Assembly: GCA_963848295.1 (NCBI GenBank)
Contig: CAWKDB010000010.1
Coordinates: 4,480,001-4,544,000 of the forward strand
From: an uncultured delta proteobacterium
GTDB taxonomy: Bacteria; Myxococcota_A; Polyangia; Haliangiales; Haliangiaceae
Direction: 5' to 3'
DNA length: 64,000 nucleotides
This document shows positions 1-13,716 of the stretch, in pieces. The notes beneath the pieces are model-generated. The model saw nothing but the letters and a program-made list of their open reading frames with translations. It made no database searches and had not been told where the DNA came from. The number at the start of each line of letters is the position of its first letter. The first letter of the stretch is position 1. A program made the translations under genes and the position numbers.

Positions 1-1644
1 GCGAATCCCGACGCCGGCCAGATGGACGCACCGCTCGCCGGCTACAACGGCCCCGAGCTCGTGTGCCCGGGCGGTCCGAACTGCGCGACGACCGGCGACG
101 GTCAGCTCAAGGTCGGCGCCGGCGCCCACGTGTACACGCCGATGAACTTCGAGACCTACACCGACGAGAACAACGATCATCAGTGGGAGCCGAACGAGCC
201 TTTCGACGATCTCAACGGCAACGGCGTGTTCGACGGCGTGTGGCTGTTCGGTGGTGGGCGCGCGGCGGAGCTCGTCGATGACGACGTCGAGGCGCGCGCG
301 CTCGCGTTCGTCGAGGGCGACGTCACGGCGGTCGTGGTCTACATCGACTGCATCGGCATGCTGTCGGGCGACATGGACATCATCCGCAACGATCCGAAGC
401 TCGCGGGGCTCAATATCGATCACATCATCATCGGCGCGACCCACGCGCACGATGCGCCCGACACGGTCGGCTTGTGGGGCCCGACCGCGGTGCAGACCGG
501 CCGCGAGCCATTCATCATGACCGCGGTGTACGCCGCCGCGGTCGATGCGATCTACGACGCGGTCACGACCGCGCAGCCGGCGCAGATGCAGATCGCGACG
601 ACGCTGTTGATCAACGACCCGAGCAACCCGCAGAGCAAGACCGACATGTTCAACGAGGACATCCGCGATCCGGTGATCTTCGACCCGACGCTGACGATCG
701 CGCGGTTCGTCGAGGTCGCCGATCCGACGACGACGATCGGCACGCTCGTCAACTACGCCGACCATCCCGAGGTCGCGCACTTCTCGAAGACCGAGCCGGC
801 GTCGGTCACCGCACACTACGTGCACTGGCTGCGGCTCGGCATCGAGAACGGCGTGAAGACGACCGACAGCATCTTCGCGAAGACCGACCTGGCCGGGATC
901 GGCGGCATCACGGTGTTCGTACAAGGCGCGCTCGGCGGCCAGATCGGCTCGATCCGCACGACGATGCCGCCCGGCCCCGACGGCACGCCGATCACCGACG
1001 AGTCGCACGCCGAAGATCAGGCGATCGGCACGAACGCCGCGGCCAAGGCGCTCACCGCGCTGCAGACCGGCGAGACGGTCAGCGACTTGCCGCTGTCGTT
1101 CGTGACCGCGACGTTCAACGCCGAGCTCGACAACATCCTGTTGCAGACCGCGTTCCTCATCAAGCTGCTCGGCCCGCACCCGCTGATCGGCTACGACCCG
1201 AACCAGGGCCTCGGCGAAGGGAACAACCCATGGCTGCCGCTGCGCTCGACCTACTTGCAGGTCGGCCCGCTCGGCATGGTCACGGTCCCGGGCGAGCTCC
1301 ATCCCGAGCTGTGGGTCGGCGGCTACGACGGCGCCGACTGGACCTGGGGTTGGCCGCTGTACGACCCGACCAAGCCGAACCCGCCGCTGTTCGATCAGGC
1401 GCCTCAGCCGCCGTACATGCGCGATCTCGTGCTCGCGCACGCGGGCGTGAGGTATCCGATCGTCGCCGGGCTCGCCGAGGACTACATCGGTTACATCGTG
1501 CCCGCCTACAACTACGTGCTCGATCCCGACAACCCGTACTTCGTGCAAGCGGCCGGCGACCACTACGAAGAGGTCTACTCGCTAGGCCCGCACGTCGAAG
1601 AGGACGCGATCCATCCGATCCTGCAGATGCTGCAGAACAACTAG
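1..1644 (+). CDS. Neutral/alkaline ceramidase-like exported hydrolase (probably 5'-truncated by the window edge)
   Basis: Frame is open from base 1. IIGATHAHDAPD resembles the ceramidase N-terminal metal-binding (A)THTH motif; also PGELHPEL and YIGYIVP. Has an acidic Ca-binding-like segment, DDLNGNGVFDG. Confidence 0.7.
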   Translation, partial: ANPDAGQMDAPLAGYNGPELVCPGGPNCATTGDGQLKVGAGAHVYTPMNFETYTDENNDHQWEPNEPFDDLNGNGVFDGVWLFGGGRAAELVDDDVEARALAFVEGDVTAVVVYIDCIGMLSGDMDIIRNDPKLAGLNIDHIIIGATHAHDAPDTVGLWGPTAVQTGREPFIMTAVYAAAVDAIYDAVTTAQPAQMQIATTLLINDPSNPQSKTDMFNEDIRDPVIFDPTLTIARFVEVADPTTTIGTLVNYADHPEVAHFSKTEPASVTAHYVHWLRLGIENGVKTTDSIFAKTDLAGIGGITVFVQGALGGQIGSIRTTMPPGPDGTPITDESHAEDQAIGTNAAAKALTALQTGETVSDLPLSFVTATFNAELDNILLQTAFLIKLLGPHPLIGYDPNQGLGEGNNPWLPLRSTYLQVGPLGMVTVPGELHPELWVGGYDGADWTWGWPLYDPTKPNPPLFDQAPQPPYMRDLVLAHAGVRYPIVAGLAEDYIGYIVPAYNYVLDPDNPYFVQAAGDHYEEVYSLGPHVEEDAIHPILQMLQNN

Positions 1645-1658
1645 CGCTCAACTCGCGC

Positions 1659-1970
1659 CTACTGCTGTATGCACAGGCAGATATCGTCTGCCGACCTATT
1701 ACATTGCATGCGCGTCGCGACGTAGCCGTCCGCGCATTCCGGCCATATGCCAGAGCACTGCGTGTAGCAGGTACCGTCGATCACGATCCCGCTATAACCC
1801 ATGCACCAGTCGACGGTGCAGACACCGGCATCGCCGTCTATGACCGGGAGGGGATCAGGGTTCCCGGCTTCACCGCCGCTCGGCGGCGCGTCCGACGCGG
1901 GGGCCTTGCCACTGCTGCTACAGGCAGCCAGCATGACCGCCCACCACATCCACACCAATGGTCCCCGCAT
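1659..1970 (-). CDS. Small Cys-rich lipoprotein
   Basis: ATG at 1970; lipobox-like MLAAC; 8 Cys in the C-terminal ~55 aa; sits just after the stop of the 1973..2893 gene. Confidence 0.55.
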   Translation of the reverse strand: MRGPLVWMWWAVMLAACSSSGKAPASDAPPSGGEAGNPDPLPVIDGDAGVCTVDWCMGYSGIVIDGTCYTQCSGIWPECADGYVATRMQCNRSADDICLCIQQ

Positions 1971-1972
1971 GA

Positions 1973-2893
1973 CTAGTTGCGGCCGATGACGATGATCCAC
2001 TCGAAGCGAGCGGTCACCGCTTGCGCGCCGATGTCGACCTCGGTGAGGCCATCCGGCGTGATCGGGGTCTGGATGATGCCGAGCGGGGCGCCGTCGCCGA
2101 TCAACGAGCAGCCGACGTTGCCGCGGTCTGCGCTCGCTCCGACCGTGTACAGGCTCGCGGTGTTAAACGCACCGGCTGTCGTCTCCTGATCGGCACCCGC
2201 GTCTGTCGAGACGACGACGGCCTCGCTGCCGTCGGCGTCGTTGTGGGTCGCGCCGCACTCGAAGCGCGCGACGCCTGCCGGGCGCGGATCGGTCGAGCGC
2301 ACGCTGACGTCGTGAGTCATCGCGGTGGTCTCGAGGTTGTCGATCCGGTAGTCGGCTTCGATCGACAGCGAGGCCGAGGTCGCGACCGTGGTCGTCAGGT
2401 AGATCCGGTCCGGCGTGTCGGTGAGCGACACCACGAGCTCGCCCCCTTGGATCGACCAATCCTGCGGCTGGGTCGTCGTCCAGTAGCTCGCGAGTGTCGG
2501 ATCGAAGAACGGGTCGAACAGCACGATCTTGTCGCCTGGCGTGATCGGATCGGGATCGCACGGCGAGTCGACATCATCCATGTCGAGGTCTGGCGTCGCG
2601 GGCGGCGCGGCGACCGGGCAGCGATCGCAGGCGTCGCCGATGCCGTCGCCATCTTCGTCGTGCTGGTTCGTGGTCGAGAGATCCGGGCACAAGTCGTCCT
2701 TGTTGAGGATCCCGTCGCCGTCTTCGTCGCCGTTCGGATCGAGGCAGATCGGCGCGAACAAGCCTTTGTCGCACACGAGATCACCGTCGCACGTCAGGTC
2801 CGAGTTGCACGGGCCTCCCGGAGTCACCTCGGTCTTCGGAGTGCACCCGATGGTTCCCAGCAGCAACGCGGACGCGAGGACGACCAGCTTCAC
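1973..2893 (-). CDS. Lipoprotein with thrombospondin type-3-like Ca-binding repeats
   Basis: Signal peptide with TIGC lipobox; DEDGDGILNKDDLCP and DEDGDGIGDACDRCP repeats. Confidence 0.8.
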   Translation of the reverse strand: MKLVVLASALLLGTIGCTPKTEVTPGGPCNSDLTCDGDLVCDKGLFAPICLDPNGDEDGDGILNKDDLCPDLSTTNQHDEDGDGIGDACDRCPVAAPPATPDLDMDDVDSPCDPDPITPGDKIVLFDPFFDPTLASYWTTTQPQDWSIQGGELVVSLTDTPDRIYLTTTVATSASLSIEADYRIDNLETTAMTHDVSVRSTDPRPAGVARFECGATHNDADGSEAVVVSTDAGADQETTAGAFNTASLYTVGASADRGNVGCSLIGDGAPLGIIQTPITPDGLTEVDIGAQAVTARFEWIIVIGRN

Positions 2894-2928
2894 TGACCCA
2901 GCGTCTCACATCAGCGCACGCGGTGCGA

Positions 2929-5640
2929 TCACTTCGGCAGGGTCGCCATCGTCGGCAAGCTCTGCGTCACGGTCTGCGCCGCCGGGCTGTCCGCGAGCTT
3001 GACCGGCTGGCAATAGACTTTCAGCACGTTCATGTTCTGCTGCAGCCGCTGCTGAAACGTCGAGTCGCTGAGATCACCGGTGATCGGGACGCTGCACACG
3101 GAGTAGTCGCCCGCGGTGAGCGCGTCGAACACCGGCATCGATGCCGCCTTGCCGAACCAGAACTTCATGCCCTTGATGCCGCTCTGCAAGAACCCTTGCG
3201 TCAGATCCTGCGCGTTCGTCACCGCCACCGTGCCGCTGAACAAGAACACCTGCGCCGAGTCGACCTGGTTGCCGGGCAACGCCGCGATCTGCACGGTGAG
3301 CGAGATCTTGCCGACCGGGATGTCGATCGCGACGGTCGCGGTCTGGCCCGCGACGACGATGACGGTCGCGGTCGTCGAGCTCAGCGACATGCCGAAGCCC
3401 TTCGATTGCATCGCGTTGAGCACGTGCGTGCCTTCGGGAACTTTCGGCAACGAGAACGTGCCATCGGCTTCGGTGTTCGCGACCGCGATCTGCGCGCCCG
3501 TGGCTTCCTTGACCGAGTCGGTGATCGTGACGCCGCTCTGCGGCTGACTCGCCATCGTGACCTTGCCGACGATCGCGCCATAACCCTTGAGCGTGAGCGT
3601 GACCGGCGGTGGATCGTCGGTACCGGCCGCGAGGCGCTGTGCCGGCGACTGGCCCTTGACCGGATCGGAGGCGGCGATCGAGACCGACTGGGGGGGCACG
3701 CCGATCAGCGAGAAGCTGCCGTCTTGATCGGACGTGCCGTTGCGGATCCCGCTCATATCGTCGAGGTTGTCGCCGACGTCGTCGGCGCCGGCGATCGAGA
3801 ACAGCATGTTGCCGATCTTGACCGTCGCTCCGGCGACCGGCGATCCGGTCGCATCGACGACCTTGCCGGTGACCCGGCGACCGCGCGTCACCGTGATCGT
3901 GCCTAGGTCGGTCGCCTTGCCGGGATCGATCTTGACGCCCTTCAGCACGTGCTCTGCGAAGTCGACGCCGCGCAGCCGCACGTCGTAGGTGCCGGGCGTC
4001 ACGTCGTCGACCTTGATCACGCCCTTGTCGACCGCGGTCGCCGGCTGATAGCCGACCTGGATGTTCGCGAGCGTCGGCGCCGCGGAGGAACCGGCGATCT
4101 CGATCGTGCCGGTGATCGAGCCTGGTGCGGCGAGCGTGATCTTGACGTCGCGATCGCCGGCCTTCGCTTTCGTGCCGGTCTCGCCCCACCCGCGGTCGCC
4201 ATCCGCGCCACGCGACGCCCACAGCTTGTACGCGCCGTCGGGCAAGCCGCGGATCGTGAACGCGCCGGCACCATCGGTGTGCGCGGAGGACATGCCCGCG
4301 AGCGCCTCCGCTTGGGCCCCACCGTCGGACAGCAGATCGGGGAACGCGTTGACCTGGACCTCGCCGACCGCCTGGCCGGTCTCGTCGGTGACGACGCCGC
4401 TGATCGTGCCGCGCACGTCCAACCTCAGCTCGAGGCCTTTGCGCTCGGCGGTGTCGTGCAAGTCGACGTCGACGACCTTGCTCGCCGCGAGGTCGGACTC
4501 CGCGCGGGCGGTCAGCTTCGTGCGCGCGAGGCCGCGCAGCGTGAACGTGCCGGCGCGATCGGTCGTCGCTTGCCGCGACGCGCCGGCCCACATCATCTGG
4601 CCGCCGGAGCTCGAGATCCGCACGGTGGCGAACGGGACGGCCGCGCCGTCGGTGTCGATCACCCGGCCGGCGACGACTCCGCCCGCTTGCATCGTGATCT
4701 CGACGCCGGTGACCGGCCGATCGCCAACCGTGATCGGCGCTGACTTCGCCGGCGCGTGCTCGCCATCGGTGACCGAGAGAGCGCGCGTGCCGGTCGACGC
4801 CGCGATGATCGAGAACTGGCCCTTCGGATCGGTGACGACGTCATCGCCGGCGGAGTTGCCGAACATGCCGGCGACCGAGACGTGCGCTTTCCCGATCGGC
4901 TTGCCGGTCTCGTCGATCACCCGCCCGGCGATCGCGACGCCTTTGTGCAGCTTGATCACGGCGTGGCCAGTGCCGTGCGACGCGACCGAGCCGAACGTTT
5001 GGCCGGGCGCGTAGCCTGGCGCGGTCGCCGACGCGCTGAACCAACCGGAGTGCACGGGCGACACGGTCGCGACACCGTCGTCGCCGGTCTTCACCGCATG
5101 TTCTCTCTTGGAGTTCACCGTCACCTCCGCGCCGGCGATCGGCTTGCCGCCTTCGTCGTCGACCGTGACCGTGACACCCTCACCTTTGACCAGGCGAACG
5201 ACGACCGGATCGCTCGTGGCCGCGAGCTTGATCTCGACCGGGCCCCCGACCATGTCGGCGTGCTCGGCCCACACCGAGTAGCCACGACCGACCAGCTTGT
5301 CGAACGCGAAGCTGCCGTCGCCCTCGGTCTTCGTCGTCCGCTTCGGGACGCTGTCGATCGAGACCTCGGCGTCGCCGACGCCCTGGCCATCGGGCCCGAC
5401 GACCTGGCCCTCGAGCCGCAGCGGGCCTTCCGGATCGATGTCGAGCTCCCAGCGCGGCGCCATGCCACGCGGTGCCGCGGCGTCGTGCGGCTTCGCGGTG
5501 TCGAGCTTGATCTCGCCCGTGCGCCCCGAGCCGCTACCGGCGGTCGCCGCATCGCCATCGCCGCGGCGATGGACCGCGAAGAGCCAGGCGCCGAACGCGA
5601 TCACGCAGAACCCGACCCATGCAATGAGCTTGCGATTCAT
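2929..5640 (-). CDS. Membrane-anchored protein with repeated carboxypeptidase-regulatory-like (prealbumin-like) domains
   Basis: N-terminal TM helix; repeated (I/V)xGxVxDxxGxP(V/I)xxAxV ... DxxGxF motifs over 903 aa. Confidence 0.85.
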   Translation of the reverse strand: MNRKLIAWVGFCVIAFGAWLFAVHRRGDGDAATAGSGSGRTGEIKLDTAKPHDAAAPRGMAPRWELDIDPEGPLRLEGQVVGPDGQGVGDAEVSIDSVPKRTTKTEGDGSFAFDKLVGRGYSVWAEHADMVGGPVEIKLAATSDPVVVRLVKGEGVTVTVDDEGGKPIAGAEVTVNSKREHAVKTGDDGVATVSPVHSGWFSASATAPGYAPGQTFGSVASHGTGHAVIKLHKGVAIAGRVIDETGKPIGKAHVSVAGMFGNSAGDDVVTDPKGQFSIIAASTGTRALSVTDGEHAPAKSAPITVGDRPVTGVEITMQAGGVVAGRVIDTDGAAVPFATVRISSSGGQMMWAGASRQATTDRAGTFTLRGLARTKLTARAESDLAASKVVDVDLHDTAERKGLELRLDVRGTISGVVTDETGQAVGEVQVNAFPDLLSDGGAQAEALAGMSSAHTDGAGAFTIRGLPDGAYKLWASRGADGDRGWGETGTKAKAGDRDVKITLAAPGSITGTIEIAGSSAAPTLANIQVGYQPATAVDKGVIKVDDVTPGTYDVRLRGVDFAEHVLKGVKIDPGKATDLGTITVTRGRRVTGKVVDATGSPVAGATVKIGNMLFSIAGADDVGDNLDDMSGIRNGTSDQDGSFSLIGVPPQSVSIAASDPVKGQSPAQRLAAGTDDPPPVTLTLKGYGAIVGKVTMASQPQSGVTITDSVKEATGAQIAVANTEADGTFSLPKVPEGTHVLNAMQSKGFGMSLSSTTATVIVVAGQTATVAIDIPVGKISLTVQIAALPGNQVDSAQVFLFSGTVAVTNAQDLTQGFLQSGIKGMKFWFGKAASMPVFDALTAGDYSVCSVPITGDLSDSTFQQRLQQNMNVLKVYCQPVKLADSPAAQTVTQSLPTMATLPK

Positions 5641-5743
5641 CGTGGGGGACCGTAAGTCGCCGGATCAGCGGGCGGAAGATGCGACTTCGCTGCGACAGCG
5701 CTGAGACGTACGATTTCCCGCGACTGCGACGGTGGAAGCACGC

Positions 5744-7375
<1,632 letters not shown>

Positions 7376-7403
7376 GCGACGCGGTTTACCACGCGCCCCA
7401 GCG

Positions 7404-7769
7404 CTACGGAGCCGAGCCCGAGCCCGAGCCTGTCGCGGCAGGTGGCGTGGCGGCGCTGCCGCTGCCGACGTTCGGCAAGCGCGCCTTCGCGGCGGCACCC
7501 GCCGGGACCGGCCGACACGTGTTGAGCACGGCGAGGGTCGGCGCCTCGAACATGCATCGCGCCTGCTCGGCGGTCAGGTGGCGCTGCACGCACAACTGGA
7601 CCATCGCCTTCTTGTTCGACAGGTCCATCTCGTCGTGGTTCTTCGCCGGTCCTTGCGCTTGGACCTGGCCCATCAGCACCAAGGCGTGATCGATGATCTG
7701 ATTGCAGGTCGGCGGTGGCGCCGACCGTTTGCACGCGACGACTAACAACACGAAGATCAGGCGGCGCAT
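7404..7769 (-). CDS. Small lipoprotein with Cys-containing helical domain
   Basis: MRRLIFVLLVVAC lipobox; further Cys residues; GSGS-rich tail. Confidence 0.7.
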   Translation of the reverse strand: MRRLIFVLLVVACKRSAPPPTCNQIIDHALVLMGQVQAQGPAKNHDEMDLSNKKAMVQLCVQRHLTAEQARCMFEAPTLAVLNTCRPVPAGAAAKARLPNVGSGSAATPPAATGSGSGSAP

Positions 7770-7780
7770 CGCGATCGATT

Positions 7781-8227
7781 CTACATCTTGCGCGTCATGA
7801 CGAGGCGCGGCGTTGCGGCGAAGCCGGCGCGCTCGTACAGGCGGCGCGCGGGATTGTCCGGCCGGACCTGGAGGTGCAACGCGCGCACGCCGAGCGCTCG
7901 GACCTCGGCGTCGATCAGCGCGAGGGCCGCGGCACCGGCGCCCCGACCGCGAGCGGCCTCGTCGACCCAGATCTCGGTCAGCCACGCATCGCGGCCGGCG
8001 AACTCCAGATCGAAGCCGAACGTCACCATCACGTAGCCGACCGGTGCTCCGGCGGCGTCTTCGATCAGCCATGCGCCACCGACGCCAGGGTCCGCGAGCA
8101 AGACGCGTAGCGCGGCTTCGAGTGCAGTGCGATCGACGGCGATCCCCTCGTGCGCGTTCAGCGCGGCGGTCCGGACGAGCAACACGGGAACATCGGCGAC
8201 GGTGGCGCGGCGGAGGCTGAAACTCAC
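7781..8227 (-). CDS. GNAT family N-acetyltransferase
   Basis: WVDEAARGRGAG acetyl-CoA motif A; NPARRLYERAGF. Confidence 0.9.
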   Translation of the reverse strand: MSFSLRRATVADVPVLLVRTAALNAHEGIAVDRTALEAALRVLLADPGVGGAWLIEDAAGAPVGYVMVTFGFDLEFAGRDAWLTEIWVDEAARGRGAGAAALALIDAEVRALGVRALHLQVRPDNPARRLYERAGFAATPRLVMTRKM

Positions 8228-8244
8228 GCGGCGAGCTTAGGCGA

Positions 8245-8613
8245 TCATGGCGTGGCCGGCGTGCCGGCGGTGTCGAACTCGGATTGCGCGTAGCTCGAAA
8301 GCGCTTGCTCGGCGCTGTCGTAAGCGCTCTGCATCATCTCGTTGCTCGTGGTGTTGATCGAGTCCTCGACCTGTTGCGTGTAGGCGTCGCTCTGCGCCTG
8401 GCTACGCGCATCGTCGTCGGCCTCGGCGCGTGCCGCCTCCGCGGCTTGCCAGTCGTAGCCGGGCGCCGGTGGTGAATCGTCGCTCGGCGAGTCGTCGTCG
8501 GGGACGACCCGGGCGGCCGAAGCCGCGGTCGATCCGACCCCATATCGCATCTGTGCGTAGTGGGTGCACGACGTGGCGAGCGCGAGTCCGAGCATGATGG
8601 CGAGCTGCTTCAT
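8245..8613 (-). CDS. Hypothetical lipoprotein
   Basis: MKQLAIMLGLALATSC signal and lipobox; acidic helical body. Confidence 0.65.
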   Translation of the reverse strand: MKQLAIMLGLALATSCTHYAQMRYGVGSTAASAARVVPDDDSPSDDSPPAPGYDWQAAEAARAEADDDARSQAQSDAYTQQVEDSINTTSNEMMQSAYDSAEQALSSYAQSEFDTAGTPATP

Positions 8614-8672
8614 GCCGCTACGATGCTCGGGTAACGCTGCGCGCATGCTGCGGGCGCGTTAACGAGTGTGAG

Positions 8673-10610
<1,938 letters not shown>

Positions 10611-10742
10611 CTGACTCCTGGAATTACGGCCATTTCTCCGGGAACACAATGGGGATCTGCGCCCGTCGCGCGATTGTTGCGCCGCCGAGTCGAGATCGCG
10701 CGGCGGAGCGTCGCGTCCCGTCGCGGTCGCTCGACACCGTCG

Positions 10743-13661
10743 TCAGTGGTCGGGCGGGGGCGCCTTGAGGACGCCCGGAACGTCGACGATCACCGTCGTC
10801 GCCTCGGGGCCGACCGTCGAGCACCCTGCCTCGGCGTCGATCATCATCGCGCGGATCCGGTCGGACGTGGCCGCCGCGGCGAGCGAATGCCTCGTGAACC
10901 CGACCGCGCAGATCGTCAGGTCGCCGGCCGGAGGCGACTTGACCTCGGCGACGAGATCGTCGGGCACCGCCGGCGGCTTGGCGGCCGAGCCGGCGGGCGT
11001 CGCCATCGCCATCGAGGCGAACATGCCGGCGGCTTTGCCCATCGCGCGGAGCGTCGGGTGCGCGATCGTGTGCTTGCCTCTGTAGACGAACGCGAACGCG
11101 GTCTCCGGCACCGCTTCGGTCGCGCTGCGGGCGATCACGGTCAGGCGGCGGGCGCTCAGCTCGAGCGCGACGCCCGTGACCCGTGCCGAATCGACCTTCA
11201 CGTTGGTGAACAGCGAAGTGTTGTCCCACGCCGCGGTGAGCGCAGCCCACAGGTCGCTGCTCGACGCCGCCGCGACCTGTGCGGTGCCGCGCGGTACGCC
11301 CGCGATCGTGAACGCACCGCCCGGCATGACCGGCGAGAACAGGACATGATGTTGGTCGTAGCGGGCGATGACGACGACGAGGCCGGGCGGGGTGTCGTGA
11401 ACCTGGACGGTGCCAGTGATCTCGCTCGTCGGTCGCACGACGAGGCGCACGTCCGCGCCGACCGCGACGGTCGACGACCAGCGATCGCCGGACTTCGCCG
11501 CGAGGTATCCGCGTGCGCGAAACGCGAACCGGCCGTGCGCGTCGCTCGTGGTTCTCGTGGCGCTCGGCGCGAGCACCTGGGAGGCGACATGCGCGCGGTC
11601 GGACTGCAACACGAGCGCGGCGGCGACCTCGGCACCGGCGACCGGCGCGCCGCGTTCGTCGACGACGATCCCGGCTGCGTCGATCTCGGCGGCCTGCGCA
11701 TCGATTTGCTCGTCGACGTACTTGGAGAAGTCGGGGACCGCTCCGAGGTTGACCTCCGCGTCACCGGCGGCGACGTCGCCGCTGCGCCACTTGGCACCGC
11801 CCGCGTCGGCCGCGAGCTCGCCCGCGGTGCCCGGCGCTTTCACCAGGATCGTCTTCCAGTGCTCGGGCAGTGCGGCGACCGCCGCGAGGTCGGCTGCGGT
11901 GCTGCGCTCGAGTCGGATCCGGGCCTCCTGGACGACCGCGCCGAGGATCGCGCGATCAGCGTGGAGCGGCCGGAGCAGCGTGATCGCACGGTCGCATTGC
12001 GCGATCGCGTCGTCGATCTGCCTCGCGTAGGCGGCCGATTCGGCGTGGAGCAGGGCCAGCGCCGCCTGAGCAGACGCGCTCGGGAACGCCTCGACCGCAG
12101 CCTCGCTGCGGCCCAGGTGGCCGAGCTGGCCCGCGGCATTGCTCAGCTCGGCGCCGGCGACGATCGCATCATCGCCACAGCGCTCGGCTGCGGCGGTCAT
12201 CGCGTCGGAGTCGGCGAGCCTCGCCGCGAGCTCGCTCGCATCGGCATCGTGCATGCCGGCGAGGGTCACGACCAGCGCGAGCGCCCGCGCGCACGGCGCC
12301 GGCGACGCGATCAGGCGCGCGAGGTCGCCGGTCGGGCGTTCGCCGGCCACCGCGCGCCGCGCCGCGAATGCGGCCGCGAGGTCGCCGTCGATCGGCGTGG
12401 TCAGCTTCGGTGGGCTCGGCCGCTGGCATAGCTCGGGCTCGACGAGCTCGGCGGCGAGCTCGTCGCCATCGTCGTTCGGCCCGGTCGAGGCATCGGCGAT
12501 ACGGGCGAGCACCGCGTCGAGACACGCGAGCTGCTGCGACCGTGCCGCCGGTGCCGCCCGACAGGCAGCGCCGCGAATGTCGGTCCAGCGGGCGAGCGCC
12601 CCCGCGAGCAGCGGGCGTCCGTGGATCGCCTTCGCGATCGCCGCCGGATCGAGCGACGCTGCGGGGCAGTCACCGCCGGCGCGAGGCGCGGTATCGCGTG
12701 CGACGACGATCGCGACCGCGGCAGCTGCGACCGCGGCGGCGATGCCACCGCCGATGAGCGCGCGGCGCCGGCGGTGCAGCGCGCGCTCGAGCTGGCCGAG
12801 CAGCGCGTCGAGGCTCGGCCAGCGCTTGCCAGGCTCGAGCGCGAGCCCGCGCCGCAACACGGGGCGCAGCGCCCGCGGAATCGACGCGTCGTCGAGCTTG
12901 CTCGGGCCGCCGAGCACCGCGTCGCGCAGCGCCTCGATCGTCGCGCCGCGGAACGGCCGTTCGCCCGCGAGCGCCTCCCATAGCGCGGCGCAGAACGCGA
13001 ACTGGTCGGTAGCAGGTGTGACTGGCTCGCTGCGCCACTGCTCGGGCGCCATGTACGCCGGCGTGCCCATCAGCCCGGCGGTCATCGTCTTACCGACCGC
13101 GAGCGCGCCGTTCACGACCGACAGCGCGGTCACGGCTTCGGCGTACGCGAGCCCGAAATCGGTGACCACCACGTTGCCGTCGCGCCGGCGCAGCACGTTG
13201 TGGGGCTTGAAGTCGCGATGCACGATCCCGGCGGCGTGCGCGGCGGCCAAGCCGTGCCCTGCGGCGATGAACGCGACGAGGATCTCGCGCTCGCTCGGTT
13301 TGCGATCGAGCCAATCGGCGAGCGAGCCGCCGTCGATCAGCTCCATCGCGATGTAGTCGCGGCCGGCCTCGGTGCCGACCTCGTAGACCGTGATGACATT
13401 CGGATGCGACAGCTTCGCCATCGCGCGCGCCTCGCGCAGCAGGCGAGCGCGAGCATCGGCGCTGTCGCCCGTGTGTAATACTTTCAGCGCGACGCGCCGA
13501 TCGAGCTCGGGATCGCGCGCCTCGTGCACGATGCCCATGCCGCCGCTGCCGAGCACTCCGACCACGTCGAATCGGCCGAGCTTGGCCGGCGCGACGGCTG
13601 CCGCTGTCGAGCCACCCGCGGTCGCGGTGCGCGCGAGCTCGTCGTCGGACGGCGGCGACAT
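10743..13661 (-). CDS. Membrane Ser/Thr protein kinase with large C-terminal extracytoplasmic region
   Basis: GSGGMG, VALK, HRDFKPHN, DFG, GTPAYMAPE; TM helix after HRRRR; C-terminal GIVVDERGAPVAGAEV prealbumin-like motif. Confidence 0.92.
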   Translation of the reverse strand: MSPPSDDELARTATAGGSTAAAVAPAKLGRFDVVGVLGSGGMGIVHEARDPELDRRVALKVLHTGDSADARARLLREARAMAKLSHPNVITVYEVGTEAGRDYIAMELIDGGSLADWLDRKPSEREILVAFIAAGHGLAAAHAAGIVHRDFKPHNVLRRRDGNVVVTDFGLAYAEAVTALSVVNGALAVGKTMTAGLMGTPAYMAPEQWRSEPVTPATDQFAFCAALWEALAGERPFRGATIEALRDAVLGGPSKLDDASIPRALRPVLRRGLALEPGKRWPSLDALLGQLERALHRRRRALIGGGIAAAVAAAAVAIVVARDTAPRAGGDCPAASLDPAAIAKAIHGRPLLAGALARWTDIRGAACRAAPAARSQQLACLDAVLARIADASTGPNDDGDELAAELVEPELCQRPSPPKLTTPIDGDLAAAFAARRAVAGERPTGDLARLIASPAPCARALALVVTLAGMHDADASELAARLADSDAMTAAAERCGDDAIVAGAELSNAAGQLGHLGRSEAAVEAFPSASAQAALALLHAESAAYARQIDDAIAQCDRAITLLRPLHADRAILGAVVQEARIRLERSTAADLAAVAALPEHWKTILVKAPGTAGELAADAGGAKWRSGDVAAGDAEVNLGAVPDFSKYVDEQIDAQAAEIDAAGIVVDERGAPVAGAEVAAALVLQSDRAHVASQVLAPSATRTTSDAHGRFAFRARGYLAAKSGDRWSSTVAVGADVRLVVRPTSEITGTVQVHDTPPGLVVVIARYDQHHVLFSPVMPGGAFTIAGVPRGTAQVAAASSSDLWAALTAAWDNTSLFTNVKVDSARVTGVALELSARRLTVIARSATEAVPETAFAFVYRGKHTIAHPTLRAMGKAAGMFASMAMATPAGSAAKPPAVPDDLVAEVKSPPAGDLTICAVGFTRHSLAAAATSDRIRAMMIDAEAGCSTVGPEATTVIVDVPGVLKAPPPDH

Positions 13662-13716
13662 CGCGTCACCCTAGACCGAACCACGCGCCGAGTCACGCTC
13701 GCAGCTCGGCTCGGCG

